In this document: positions 9,774 to 18,146 of the stretch, one piece after another
How positions within the stretch are numbered: the stretch's first letter is position 1
Layout: each line of letters starts with the position of its first letter
Assembly: GCA_021323225.1 (NCBI GenBank)
Contig: JAJTCH010000001.1
Coordinates: 689,120 to 753,119, forward strand
DNA: 64,000 bases
Direction of reading: 5' to 3'
Source: Rickettsiaceae bacterium
Lineage (GTDB): Bacteria > Pseudomonadota > Alphaproteobacteria > Rickettsiales > UBA1997
Made by a program: the position numbers and the translations under genes
The notes under the pieces: model-generated
The model's input: only the letters and a program-made list of their open reading frames with translations
What the model was told of the DNA's origin: nothing
Database searches by the model: none

Positions 9774-10085
9774 ATGTTTGCAATAATTCAGACCGGTGGT
9801 AAGCAATACCGCGTTGCTAAAAATGACACACTAATAGTTGAAAATCTGAACTCCAACCCTGGTGATGTTGTAAAGTTGGATGTGCTTTTCGGTCAAAAGG
9901 AAAATGGCGAAGCAGTTTTCGGAAGCCCCAATGTCAAAGGCGCTAGCGTTGAAGCAACAGTCAGCAAAAATTTTAAAGATGATAAAATTATTATCTTCAA
10001 GAAAAGAAGAAGACAAAATTCCAGAAGGAAAAACGGTCACCGTCAGTTGAAAACTCTTTTAAAAATCACTGACATTAAATTTTAA
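9774..10085 (+). CDS. rplU: 50S ribosomal protein L21
   Basis: MFAIIQTGGKQYRV N-terminus; GHRQ near the C-terminus. Confidence 0.9.
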   Translation: MFAIIQTGGKQYRVAKNDTLIVENLNSNPGDVVKLDVLFGQKENGEAVFGSPNVKGASVEATVSKNFKDDKIIIFKKRRRQNSRRKNGHRQLKTLLKITDIKF

Positions 10086-10167
10086 GAATTTTTATTTTCA
10101 TGCGGCATTGCCCGCATTTCTTCAGGTCGAATCCAAGGATTCGATTTAATTAAATTGGTACAAGACA

Positions 10168-10431
10168 ATGGCAACCAAAAAAGCAGGTGGTAGTTCGAGA
10201 AACGGTCGCGATTCGGCTGGTAGAAGATTAGGCATCAAAAAATACGGCGGTGAGTCAGTTATTTCCGGCAATATCATTGCCCGTCAAAGAGGTACTAGAT
10301 GGCATGCTGGTTCCGGAGTAAATATTGGCAAAGACCACACTATTTTTGCTGTTATCAGCGGCGTGGTTGAGTTTGTTAAATCAGGCAAAAATAACCGCAT
10401 CTATATTAACGTAAAGCCTGTTCAAGCTTAG
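10168..10431 (+). CDS. rpmA: 50S ribosomal protein L27
   Basis: [24 protein letters not shown]...RQRGT..H.G.NVG. Confidence 0.95.
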   Translation: MATKKAGGSSRNGRDSAGRRLGIKKYGGESVISGNIIARQRGTRWHAGSGVNIGKDHTIFAVISGVVEFVKSGKNNRIYINVKPVQA

Positions 10432-10465
10432 CTTTACGCTTTCCCTTACAAATTCCTTTTGCCTT

Positions 10466-10540
10466 GCCGAATTAGCTCAGTGGTAGAGCAACCGCCTTGT
10501 AAGCGGTAGGTCGTCAGTTCGAATCCGACATTCGGCACCA
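10466..10540 (+). tRNA. tRNA-Thr (TGT)
   Basis: GCCGAAT/ATTCGGC acceptor, ACCGC-CTTGTAA-GCGGT anticodon arm, TTCGAAT T-loop, encoded CCA. One A-C mismatch in the T-stem. Confidence 0.8.
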
Positions 10541-10569
10541 TTTCCCTGCAATCTCAAATCTGCAAAACA

Positions 10570-11295
10570 TTGTTAAACAAAACTTTTGCAATCCGCTCTC
10601 TTCTATTTGATATTTTCATCTGCATTTGGAGCATGATCATTCCACTTGTCTATTGCTGGTCATTTATAAAAAATGATTCCGTCCTTGCCGACAAGGGGGC
10701 TAAAAACTGGGCAAGATTTTCACTTTGGATGTTGGAAAAATTATGCAACATAAAATATGAAATCCGCGGTTTAGAAAATTTGCCAAGCAAAAACGGATTT
10801 GTTGTTGCCTGCAAACATCAATCAATGTGGGAGACAATTGTTTTTCATCTAGTCTTTAATCGTCCAGTTTATTCATGGAAAAAAGAACTGCTTAAAATTC
10901 CATTTTATGGTTGGTTCTTGAACGCAATGAGCGGCATCACCATTGACCGCAAAGGCGGCTCCAAAGCTTTGAAAAATCTTCTTGCTCAAAGCAAAAAATA
11001 TGTTGATAAAGGACAAAATATAATTCTCTTTCCGCAAGGCACCCGAACTCCAGTTAACGCCAGTATTCAAGATTATCCTTATCAACCCGGCATTGTGGCA
11101 ATCTATAATCATTTGCAAGTTACTGTTGTGCCGGCCGCTCTAAATTCTGGTGTCCATTGGAATAAAAAAGGCAGCAAAAAACCAGGAACCATAATTTTAG
11201 AATTCTTGCCAGCAATTGAACCGGGATTAGAAAAAAAAGAATTTTTACAAAGATTAGAAAACGCGATTGAAACCAAAAGCGAACAGCTTCTTTAA
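10570..11295 (+). CDS. plsC: 1-acyl-sn-glycerol-3-phosphate acyltransferase
   Basis: Acyltransferase block I KHQSMWE (HX4D/E) and block III FPQGTR; N-terminal TM helix; TTG start. Confidence 0.8.
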   Translation: MLNKTFAIRSLLFDIFICIWSMIIPLVYCWSFIKNDSVLADKGAKNWARFSLWMLEKLCNIKYEIRGLENLPSKNGFVVACKHQSMWETIVFHLVFNRPVYSWKKELLKIPFYGWFLNAMSGITIDRKGGSKALKNLLAQSKKYVDKGQNIILFPQGTRTPVNASIQDYPYQPGIVAIYNHLQVTVVPAALNSGVHWNKKGSKKPGTIILEFLPAIEPGLEKKEFLQRLENAIETKSEQLL

Positions 11296-11387
11296 TAGCA
11301 AAATTCTATATATTTAAATTGACAAATTAATGTTGATTTATACACTCTGCGCCTTCTTTTTATTCAACCCCAAGTTTGGACATTCCG

Positions 11388-11513
11388 ATGAAAATCTACA
11401 ACTCGCTAAAATCAGCTAAAGCAAGAGATAAAAACTGCAAAGTTGTTCGCAGAAAAGGCCGTTTATTCGTCATCAACAAAGTTAACCCAAGATTCAAAGC
11501 TAGACAGGGCTAA
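11388..11513 (+). CDS. rpmJ: 50S ribosomal protein L36 (41 aa, below the ORF-track cutoff)
   Basis: My own translation: [41 protein letters not shown]. This matches the alphaproteobacterial non-zinc L36 pattern. Confidence 0.85.
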   Translation: MKIYNSLKSAKARDKNCKVVRRKGRLFVINKVNPRFKARQG

Positions 11514-11531
11514 GTTAATTAACAATTAAAG

Positions 11532-12470
11532 ATGCCTGCTGCCAAAAAGATCTCCATCGGTACCAGAGGAAGCAAGCTCGCCCTAGCCCAAGCTGAAGAA
11601 ATAAAAAACCGGATTCTTTCTAAATATCCGGTTTATCAAGATTCCCCCGATTTAATTTCCATCATTCCCTTTAAAACCACCGGTGACAAAATCACCAATA
11701 AGCCCCTGGTTGATATTGGCGGCAAGGGTTTATTCATCAAAGAAATTGAAGAAGCGCTTCTCGCAGGACAAATCAATATTGCCGTCCATTCAATGAAGGA
11801 TATGCCTGGTTTTTTTAGTGACGGGCTGGATATTTTTTCCGTCCCGGAAAGACAAGATTCCAGAGACGCTTTTATTTCCCGTCAATATTCATCAATTGCA
11901 ACTTTGCCTTCTGGCGCTACTGTTGGCACTTCATCTCCTAGACGCGCGGCACTTATATTGCACCAAAGGCCTGATTTAAAAATCATCAATTTTCGCGGAA
12001 ATGTTGATACCAGGCTAAACAAACTTGAGCAAAAACAAGTTGATGCAACAATTCTAGCTGTTGCCGGTTTAGAGAGAATTTCCATGCAAGACCATATAAC
12101 TTCGATAATCGATAAGGAAGAAATGTTGCCGGCAGTTGGTCAGGGCGCATTAGCCCTACAAGCAAGAATTGATGATGATTTTACAATCGAAATTTTAAAA
12201 TCTGTTAACCACCATGAAAGCAAGATTTGCGTTGATGCTGAGCGATCTTTTCTCAAAACTATTAACGGCTCTTGCAAAACTCCACTTGCCGCTAATTGTA
12301 AAATCCAAAATAACCAGCTGCATCTAAAAACCTTGTTAGCCAGCCTTGATGGCAAAGAAATTTATCAAACTTTCAGAATCGGAAATCTGCAGGATGGAAT
12401 AGCAATGGGAAAAGATGCGGGGGAAGAAATCAGAAAAGCCGGCAAGCATATTTTGGATAAATTATGCTAA
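11532..12470 (+). CDS. hemC: porphobilinogen deaminase (hydroxymethylbilane synthase)
   Basis: IGTRGSKLALAQA, TTGDK, AVHSMKD, GNVDTRL, cofactor-binding C in GSCKTP. Confidence 0.9.
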   Translation: MPAAKKISIGTRGSKLALAQAEEIKNRILSKYPVYQDSPDLISIIPFKTTGDKITNKPLVDIGGKGLFIKEIEEALLAGQINIAVHSMKDMPGFFSDGLDIFSVPERQDSRDAFISRQYSSIATLPSGATVGTSSPRRAALILHQRPDLKIINFRGNVDTRLNKLEQKQVDATILAVAGLERISMQDHITSIIDKEEMLPAVGQGALALQARIDDDFTIEILKSVNHHESKICVDAERSFLKTINGSCKTPLAANCKIQNNQLHLKTLLASLDGKEIYQTFRIGNLQDGIAMGKDAGEEIRKAGKHILDKLC

Positions 12471-12473
12471 AAA

Positions 12474-13124
12474 ATGCAGCACAAAATTCTTCTTACCAGG
12501 CCAGTAAAATCCTCTCAAAAAATCGCTAAAATTTTAACTGAGAAAAATCTTTCTTTTCTAATACAGCCTTTATTTTCAATTATTAAAAACAAAAATTTGG
12601 AGCCTCTAAGTCAAATGCCGCAGGCGGTTTTGATTACCAGCTCTAACGCTGTTTTTGCTTTGAAAAAATTGGGAATCAAAAAAGATATTTTGATTTTGGT
12701 AGTCGGAAAAAAAACAGCCGATTCCATCAAAAAAACAGGTTATAAAAATGTTGTTTTTGCTAATAATTCTGCAACTTCTCTTTTGGAGTTAGCTAAAGAA
12801 AAACTTTCAAAAAATAGTGCTGAAATCCTCTATTTGTCAGGCTCAATCATAACTATTGATTTGGCACAAGAATTGCTTCAACAAAATTATTCAGCAAAAA
12901 GGATTATTGTTTATGGCACAAAAGAAGTGGAGGAGTTTTCTAAAGAAAGCATTGATGAAATTGGCTCCGGCAACATAACGGAAGTGTGGATTTATTCTAA
13001 AAATAGTGAGAAAATTTTTTACAAATTGGCAGAACAACATAATTTGCTTGGACCTTTAAAGCGGGTCAAAATATTATATCTTCCCGGAAAAGACGGCAAA
13101 AATGACGAATTTATTAACTATTAG
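12474..13124 (+). CDS. hemD: probable uroporphyrinogen-III synthase
   Basis: ILLTRP start, size, and position 3 nt after hemC. Sequence conservation is weak, as usual for HemD. Confidence 0.6.
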   Translation: MQHKILLTRPVKSSQKIAKILTEKNLSFLIQPLFSIIKNKNLEPLSQMPQAVLITSSNAVFALKKLGIKKDILILVVGKKTADSIKKTGYKNVVFANNSATSLLELAKEKLSKNSAEILYLSGSIITIDLAQELLQQNYSAKRIIVYGTKEVEEFSKESIDEIGSGNITEVWIYSKNSEKIFYKLAEQHNLLGPLKRVKILYLPGKDGKNDEFINY

Positions 13125-13132
13125 AAATCAAT

Positions 13133-13993
13133 ATGTTAGAAGCAAAAAACTCTCTAAGAAAATCCAGAAAATTTTATTTTTCAGCAATTTTTTGGATCGC
13201 CCTAGTCATTTTCACCTATTTTGCCGCCCGCTATTTTATTAGCGAGTTTAAACATCGTAAAGATTCGGCTTCAGAAATCCAAGACACGGATAGCACAAAA
13301 CAAGACCAATCTTTGGAAAATCCAACTGAAGCAGACAAAACAACAGCTGGAGCTAATGAACAAACACTAAATAGCAATGATATTTTGCTAAAACAGCAAC
13401 TGCAAATTTCCGAATTACAAAAGAATTATAATGATTTGAAGCTCGATGTAGAAAAACTGAAAACCAATAACGAACTGCCAAAAATTATTTTAAGCTTTGT
13501 AAAATTGCAGGATTTGGTGAGCTTAAAGCAGAATTACAATAATCAACTTCAAAAATTGGAAGTGCTTTGCAGAGCTGATTTTGCTCTTACCGCTAAAATT
13601 TCTAAATTAAAGATCGCGCTACAAAATCAGCCAAAAAGCAATATGGAATTGGCAGAAGAATTCTCCAAATTGATTCCTAAAATTAATGCAAAAAGGCTTG
13701 AATCTGAAGGATCTAAAGGCTGGATTGGCAAGATCAAAGCTTTTATAGGCAAATTTATCATTATCAAAAGAACTGACGGCAAAGGTGAGCGGGCAAATTT
13801 TGACGCATTGATTACCGATGCCGCAAACTCCATTGCCAATCAGCAATATGACAAAGCACTGCAAGCAATCAATTTGCTTGGAAGCCAATACGCATCAATA
13901 TTATCAGCGATTGAGATTGATCTTCAAAATGCGGATTATTTCCAAAAAACTACTGATGAAATTTATCAATATTTGCAAACGCTGAGTAACTAA
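13133..13993 (+). CDS. membrane-anchored coiled-coil protein, candidate alphaproteobacterial Mic60/HemX-like (mitofilin-type C-terminus)
   Basis: One N-terminal TM helix (FSAIFWIALVIFTYFAARYF), a long coiled coil, and a C-terminal helical block ANQQYDKALQAINLLG. Sits directly after hemC-hemD. Confidence 0.45.
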   Translation: MLEAKNSLRKSRKFYFSAIFWIALVIFTYFAARYFISEFKHRKDSASEIQDTDSTKQDQSLENPTEADKTTAGANEQTLNSNDILLKQQLQISELQKNYNDLKLDVEKLKTNNELPKIILSFVKLQDLVSLKQNYNNQLQKLEVLCRADFALTAKISKLKIALQNQPKSNMELAEEFSKLIPKINAKRLESEGSKGWIGKIKAFIGKFIIIKRTDGKGERANFDALITDAANSIANQQYDKALQAINLLGSQYASILSAIEIDLQNADYFQKTTDEIYQYLQTLSN

Positions 13994-13996
13994 AAG

Positions 13997-14587
13997 ATGC
14001 CTAAGCTCTTTAAAATCACGCTTCTCATAAATCTTTTTTTCTCATTTTTTATGAATTCCTCACTGGAAGCTGCCAATCAAAACTCCGTTAAATATCAAAA
14101 AGCGATTTTGGCCGGTGGCTGTTTTTGGGGAATGCAGGAGCTTTTTAGGAAACAGGAAGGCGTGGTAAAAACCCGTGTTGGCTATATTGGCGGAAAAGCT
14201 CCTAACCCAACTTATAAAATAGTTTCAACCGGCCTTAGCAATTACGCTGAAAGTATTGAGATCACTTTTGACCCAGTTAAAACCAGCTATGAGAAAATCC
14301 TGAAATTCTTTTTTACCATTCACGATCCAACCACGCCAAATCGCCAGCAAAATGACATTGGCAGCCAATATCGCTCGGCAATTTTTTATTTAAATGATGA
14401 ACAAAAGAAAATTGCCGAAAATGTGGTAATTCAAGCTAATAAATCCGGCGTTTTTAAAGGACCGATAGTTACTAAAATTGAAAAGGCCGAAATATTTTAC
14501 AAGGCTGAAGAAGAGCATCAGGATTATCTGGAAAAACATCCTTATGGCTATACTTGCCATTTTGTGCGTACTGACTGGAAGTTTTAA
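13997..14587 (+). CDS. msrA: peptide methionine-S-sulfoxide reductase MsrA with signal peptide
   Basis: [11 protein letters not shown] catalytic motif; N-terminal hydrophobic signal-like segment. Confidence 0.9.
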   Translation: MPKLFKITLLINLFFSFFMNSSLEAANQNSVKYQKAILAGGCFWGMQELFRKQEGVVKTRVGYIGGKAPNPTYKIVSTGLSNYAESIEITFDPVKTSYEKILKFFFTIHDPTTPNRQQNDIGSQYRSAIFYLNDEQKKIAENVVIQANKSGVFKGPIVTKIEKAEIFYKAEEEHQDYLEKHPYGYTCHFVRTDWKF

Positions 14588-14630
14588 GAACCTGTTTAGA
14601 ATCTTTTCTAATCCCAGTTTCTAAACCACT

Positions 14631-14662
14631 CTTGTTTTTCTAAAAACCAATACTTATATCTG
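14631..14662 (+). promoter_or_regulatory. putative RpoH (sigma-32)-type heat-shock promoter upstream of dnaK
   Basis: CTTG (14631-14634), 18-nt spacer, then CTTATATCTG (14653-14662). Matches the alphaproteobacterial consensus CTTG-N17/18-CYTATNTNNG as I recall it. Confidence 0.45.
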
Positions 14663-14823
14663 CCCCAAGTCTTTTTGAGTGTTGGGGTTTTGCCTCAGCG
14701 CATCAATAACCACACTGCCCCAACGGGAAGTTAAAACAAATTCAAACTGGTTCTAGGCTTATTAATAGCCTGAATTACATTCTGGTTTGAATAAATAACT
14801 AATTATCACAAACGAAAAAATAT

Positions 14824-16755
14824 ATGAGCAAAGTCATTGGAATTGACCTCGGCACCACCAACTCCTGTGTGGCCATCATGGAAGGCAAAAATACCAAAGT
14901 TATTGAAAATTCTGAAGGCGCCAGAACCACGCCATCTATCGTTGGCTTTTTAGCTAATGGTGAAAGAGTTGTCGGTGCATCCGCTAAAAGACAGGCTGTG
15001 ACCAATCCAAAAAACACAATTTTTGGCATTAAAAGACTAATTGGTAGAAGATTCGAGGATCCTCTAACCAAAAAAGACCAGGAACTGGTGCCGTATGATA
15101 TTGTTAAATCCGCTAACAGCGATGCTTGGGTGGAAATTAAGGGTGAAAAATTCTCTCCTAGCCAAATTTCTGCCTTCACTTTGCAAAAAATGAAAGAAAC
15201 CGCAGAAAGCTACTTGGGCGAAAAAGTTACCAAAGCCGTTATTACCGTTCCTGCTTATTTCAACGATTCACAAAGACAGGCCACAAAAGACGCTGGCACA
15301 ATTGCCGGTTTGGAAGTTTTAAGAATTATCAATGAGCCAACCGCAGCAGCTCTAGCTTATGGTTTTGAGAAGAAAGAAGGCCAAACTATTGTGGTTTATG
15401 ACCTGGGCGGCGGCACATTTGACGTTTCAGTCCTTGAAATCGGCGATGGCGTGTTTGAAGTTAAAGCTACCAATGGCGACACTTTCTTGGGCGGTGAAGA
15501 TTTCGATATGAGAATTTTGAAGTTCTTATGTGACGAATTTAAAAAGGACAATTCTGTTGATCTATCAAAAGACCCGCTAGCCCTACAAAGACTTAAAGAG
15601 GCAGCTGAAAAGGCTAAAATTGAACTTTCTTCAACTTCTGAAACTGAAATCAATTTGCCATATATAACTGCTGACGCAAGCGGTCCAAAACATTTAAATG
15701 TTAAATTGAGCCGTGCCAAACTTGAGCAGTTGGTGGATGATCTAATTTCAAGAACTATCAAACCTTGTGAAAATGCTCTTAAAGATGCCGGGTTAAAAGC
15801 TTCCGACATTGATGAAGTGATCCTGGTTGGCGGTATGACCAGAATGCCAAAAGTGATTGAAACCGTTAAACAATTCTTTGGCAAAGATCCAAATAAAGGT
15901 GTAAATCCTGACGAAGTTGTGGCAATTGGTGCCGCAATTCAAGGCGCCGTTTTACAAGGTGATGTGCGTGATGTTTTATTGCTTGACGTTACTCCACTTT
16001 CACTTGGTATTGAAACCGCCGGTGGCGTTTTCACCAGGCTGATTGACCGCAATACAACAATCCCAACCAATAAAAGCCAGGTTTTCTCCACTGCGGCGGA
16101 CAACCAAACTGCAGTTACAATCAAGGTTTACCAAGGCGAAAGAGATATTGCTGTCCATAATAAGCTACTTGGTGAGTTTAATTTGGAAGGAATTGCCCCT
16201 GCCCCGCGTGGTTTGCCACAAATTGAGGTTATTTTTGACATTGACGCCAACGGCGTGGTCAAAGTATCTGCCAAAGACAAGGCTACAGGCAAGGAGCAAA
16301 GTGTTCGCATCCAGTCATCTGGCGGTTTGTCTGAGGCTGAAATCCAAAAAATGGTTAAAGATGCCGAGGCCAATGCAGCAGCAGATAAAGAAAGAAAAGA
16401 ATTGGTTGAAGCTAAGAACCAGGCTGATAGTCTTATATATTCGACCGAAAAAAGTCTGAATGAACATAAAGACAAAATTGACGAAACTACCAAAAAGTCA
16501 ATTGAGGAAGAAATCCAAAAACTAAAAGATTTACTTGCTAAAACTGACGCTAAGGCTGATGAAATTAAATCCGCCACAGAAAGTTTAATGCAAAACTCAA
16601 TGAAACTTGGTGAAGCGATTTATAAACAAAATGCTGATTCTGGCTCTACAGCAAATCCTGGAGAAGCTGACAGCAATAACGAATCTTCTTCAAATTCCGG
16701 CGAAAAAGTTATGGACGCCGAATATGAGGAAGTAAAAAATGACGATAAAAAATAA
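14824..16755 (+). CDS. dnaK: molecular chaperone DnaK (Hsp70)
   Basis: [22 protein letters not shown], full-length Hsp70 (643 aa). Confidence 0.97.
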   Translation: MSKVIGIDLGTTNSCVAIMEGKNTKVIENSEGARTTPSIVGFLANGERVVGASAKRQAVTNPKNTIFGIKRLIGRRFEDPLTKKDQELVPYDIVKSANSDAWVEIKGEKFSPSQISAFTLQKMKETAESYLGEKVTKAVITVPAYFNDSQRQATKDAGTIAGLEVLRIINEPTAAALAYGFEKKEGQTIVVYDLGGGTFDVSVLEIGDGVFEVKATNGDTFLGGEDFDMRILKFLCDEFKKDNSVDLSKDPLALQRLKEAAEKAKIELSSTSETEINLPYITADASGPKHLNVKLSRAKLEQLVDDLISRTIKPCENALKDAGLKASDIDEVILVGGMTRMPKVIETVKQFFGKDPNKGVNPDEVVAIGAAIQGAVLQGDVRDVLLLDVTPLSLGIETAGGVFTRLIDRNTTIPTNKSQVFSTAADNQTAVTIKVYQGERDIAVHNKLLGEFNLEGIAPAPRGLPQIEVIFDIDANGVVKVSAKDKATGKEQSVRIQSSGGLSEAEIQKMVKDAEANAAADKERKELVEAKNQADSLIYSTEKSLNEHKDKIDETTKKSIEEEIQKLKDLLAKTDAKADEIKSATESLMQNSMKLGEAIYKQNADSGSTANPGEADSNNESSSNSGEKVMDAEYEEVKNDDKK

Positions 16756-16807
16756 CTATAGGTAAAATAAAAACCAAATATCTATAGCGCTTTTGCGTCA
16801 TTCTTGG

Positions 16808-16842
16808 AAGCCTTGCAGATTCAGTTCTGCAAGGCTTTTTTA
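16808..16842 (+). terminator. rho-independent terminator of dnaK
   Basis: aagccttgcag-attcagtt-ctgcaaggctt (11-bp perfect stem) running into a tttttta tract. Confidence 0.7.
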
Positions 16843-16941
16843 TTGTGATGTTTTTGGATTATTTTTAGTGACAAAGAACAAAGGGAAGCAAAAAACCAAG
16901 ACGGTGTTTGTTTTTAATTTTGCGTTTCAATTTCATTATCC

Positions 16942-17055
16942 CTGGATTGCCACATCGCTGGCTGCGCACGCTCCTCGCAATGACGGTGCCAGAGATTCCC
17001 GCATTAAAACTTTCAACATCGTCATTGCGAGGAGCAAAGCGACGCGGCAATCCAG
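16942..17055 (+). repeat. RPE-like palindromic repeat element, copy A (full length)
   Basis: CTGGATTGCC...GCTCCTCGCAATGACG arm, ~34-nt centre, CGTCATTGCGAGGAGC...GGCAATCCAG arm. Near-identical to copy D, and to copy C in inverted orientation. Confidence 0.75.
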
Positions 17056-17108
17056 AAAGAACAAACCAACAACTACAACTTAAAAGCACTCAACAGATTC
17101 TAAACAAG

Positions 17109-18146
17109 ATGCTAAAAACTTCCGATTTCGATTTTCACTTACCGCAAGAATTAATTGCCAATCAACCGGCCAGTCCAAGAGATTCTGCGAGAATGCTAGT
17201 GTGGAAAGGCCAAAAAATAATTGATAAAAATGTTAGAGATTTAGCGGATTTTCTTGATGAAGGTGACGTGTTGGTTTTAAACGACACCAAAGTCATCAAG
17301 GCAAAATTAATCGGCAAAAGAGGTGAAGCAAAAGTTGAAATCAATCTCCACAAAAATCTCCAAAGCCAGATTTGGCAAGCTTTTGCAAAGCCAGCAAAAA
17401 GACTGAAAATTGGCGATAAATTTATTATCGCTGATGATTTTTTTGCTGTAGTTATTGCTAAGAATTCAGATGGGATTGTTGATTTAGAATTTAATGTCGA
17501 TGGCAACGACTTTTTCTCTAGGCTGGAAAAATACGGCCAAATGCCACTTCCGCCTTACATAAAAAAAGAAGCGACTTCAGAAGATAATCAAAATTACCAA
17601 ACAATTTATGCAGCAAATTCCGGTGCAGTTGCAGCGCCAACCGCCGGTTTACATTTTACTGAAGAACTATTTCAAAAATTGGAAGCAAAAGGGATAAAGA
17701 AAGTTTTTGTTACGCTAAATGTTGGAGCCGGAACATTCCTGCCGGTGAAGAGTGATTTTATAAAAGATCACCAAATGCATGAGGAATATTTCAGCATCAA
17801 ACAGGAAGCTTGCGATGTGATTAATGAAGCTAAAAAAAATGGGAAAAAAATTATCGCTGTGGGCACAACTTCTCTTCGGGTTTTAGAATCTGCTATTGAT
17901 GAAAATGGCCAACTGAAAGCTCAGAACAGAGAAACAAAGATTTTCATCCACCCGCCTTACAATTTCAAAATAGTTGATATTTTGATGACCAATTTTCACC
18001 TGCCAAAATCAACTTTATTCATGCTGATTTCTGCCTTTATCGGCAAAGAAAATGCTCACCAACTCTATAACCACGCCATCTCTAACCAATATCGCTTTTA
18101 TTCTTTCGGCGATGCAACTTTGCTATTTAAGCAATCAAAGGCATAG
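17109..18146 (+). CDS. queA: S-adenosylmethionine:tRNA ribosyltransferase-isomerase
   Basis: MLKTSDFDFHLPQELIANQP start typical of QueA; AAPTAGLHFT, VGTTSLRVLES. The ORF-track start at 16908 (TTG) runs through the repeat and is not used. Confidence 0.9.
   Translation: MLKTSDFDFHLPQELIANQPASPRDSARMLVWKGQKIIDKNVRDLADFLDEGDVLVLNDTKVIKAKLIGKRGEAKVEINLHKNLQSQIWQAFAKPAKRLKIGDKFIIADDFFAVVIAKNSDGIVDLEFNVDGNDFFSRLEKYGQMPLPPYIKKEATSEDNQNYQTIYAANSGAVAAPTAGLHFTEELFQKLEAKGIKKVFVTLNVGAGTFLPVKSDFIKDHQMHEEYFSIKQEACDVINEAKKNGKKIIAVGTTSLRVLESAIDENGQLKAQNRETKIFIHPPYNFKIVDILMTNFHLPKSTLFMLISAFIGKENAHQLYNHAISNQYRFYSFGDATLLFKQSKA

Noticed and set aside
14799-16577. Long ORFs antisense or out of frame within dnaK (14799-15179, 15396-15884, 15939-16124 and 16128-16577 on the minus strand; 16043-16459 on the plus strand).
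   Set aside because: They lie entirely inside a full-length, strongly supported dnaK. Their translations are low-complexity S/L/A/P-rich with no motifs. Open antisense frames are a known by-product of codon bias in Hsp70 genes.
16793-17108. ORFs 16793-17083 (+) and 16865-17089 (-), and the TTG-initiated 5' extension of queA from 16908.
   Set aside because: They are composed of the dnaK terminator and RPE-like repeat sequence. QueA homology begins at the ATG at 17109. The repeat-encoded peptides recur in different frames and strands at other copies.
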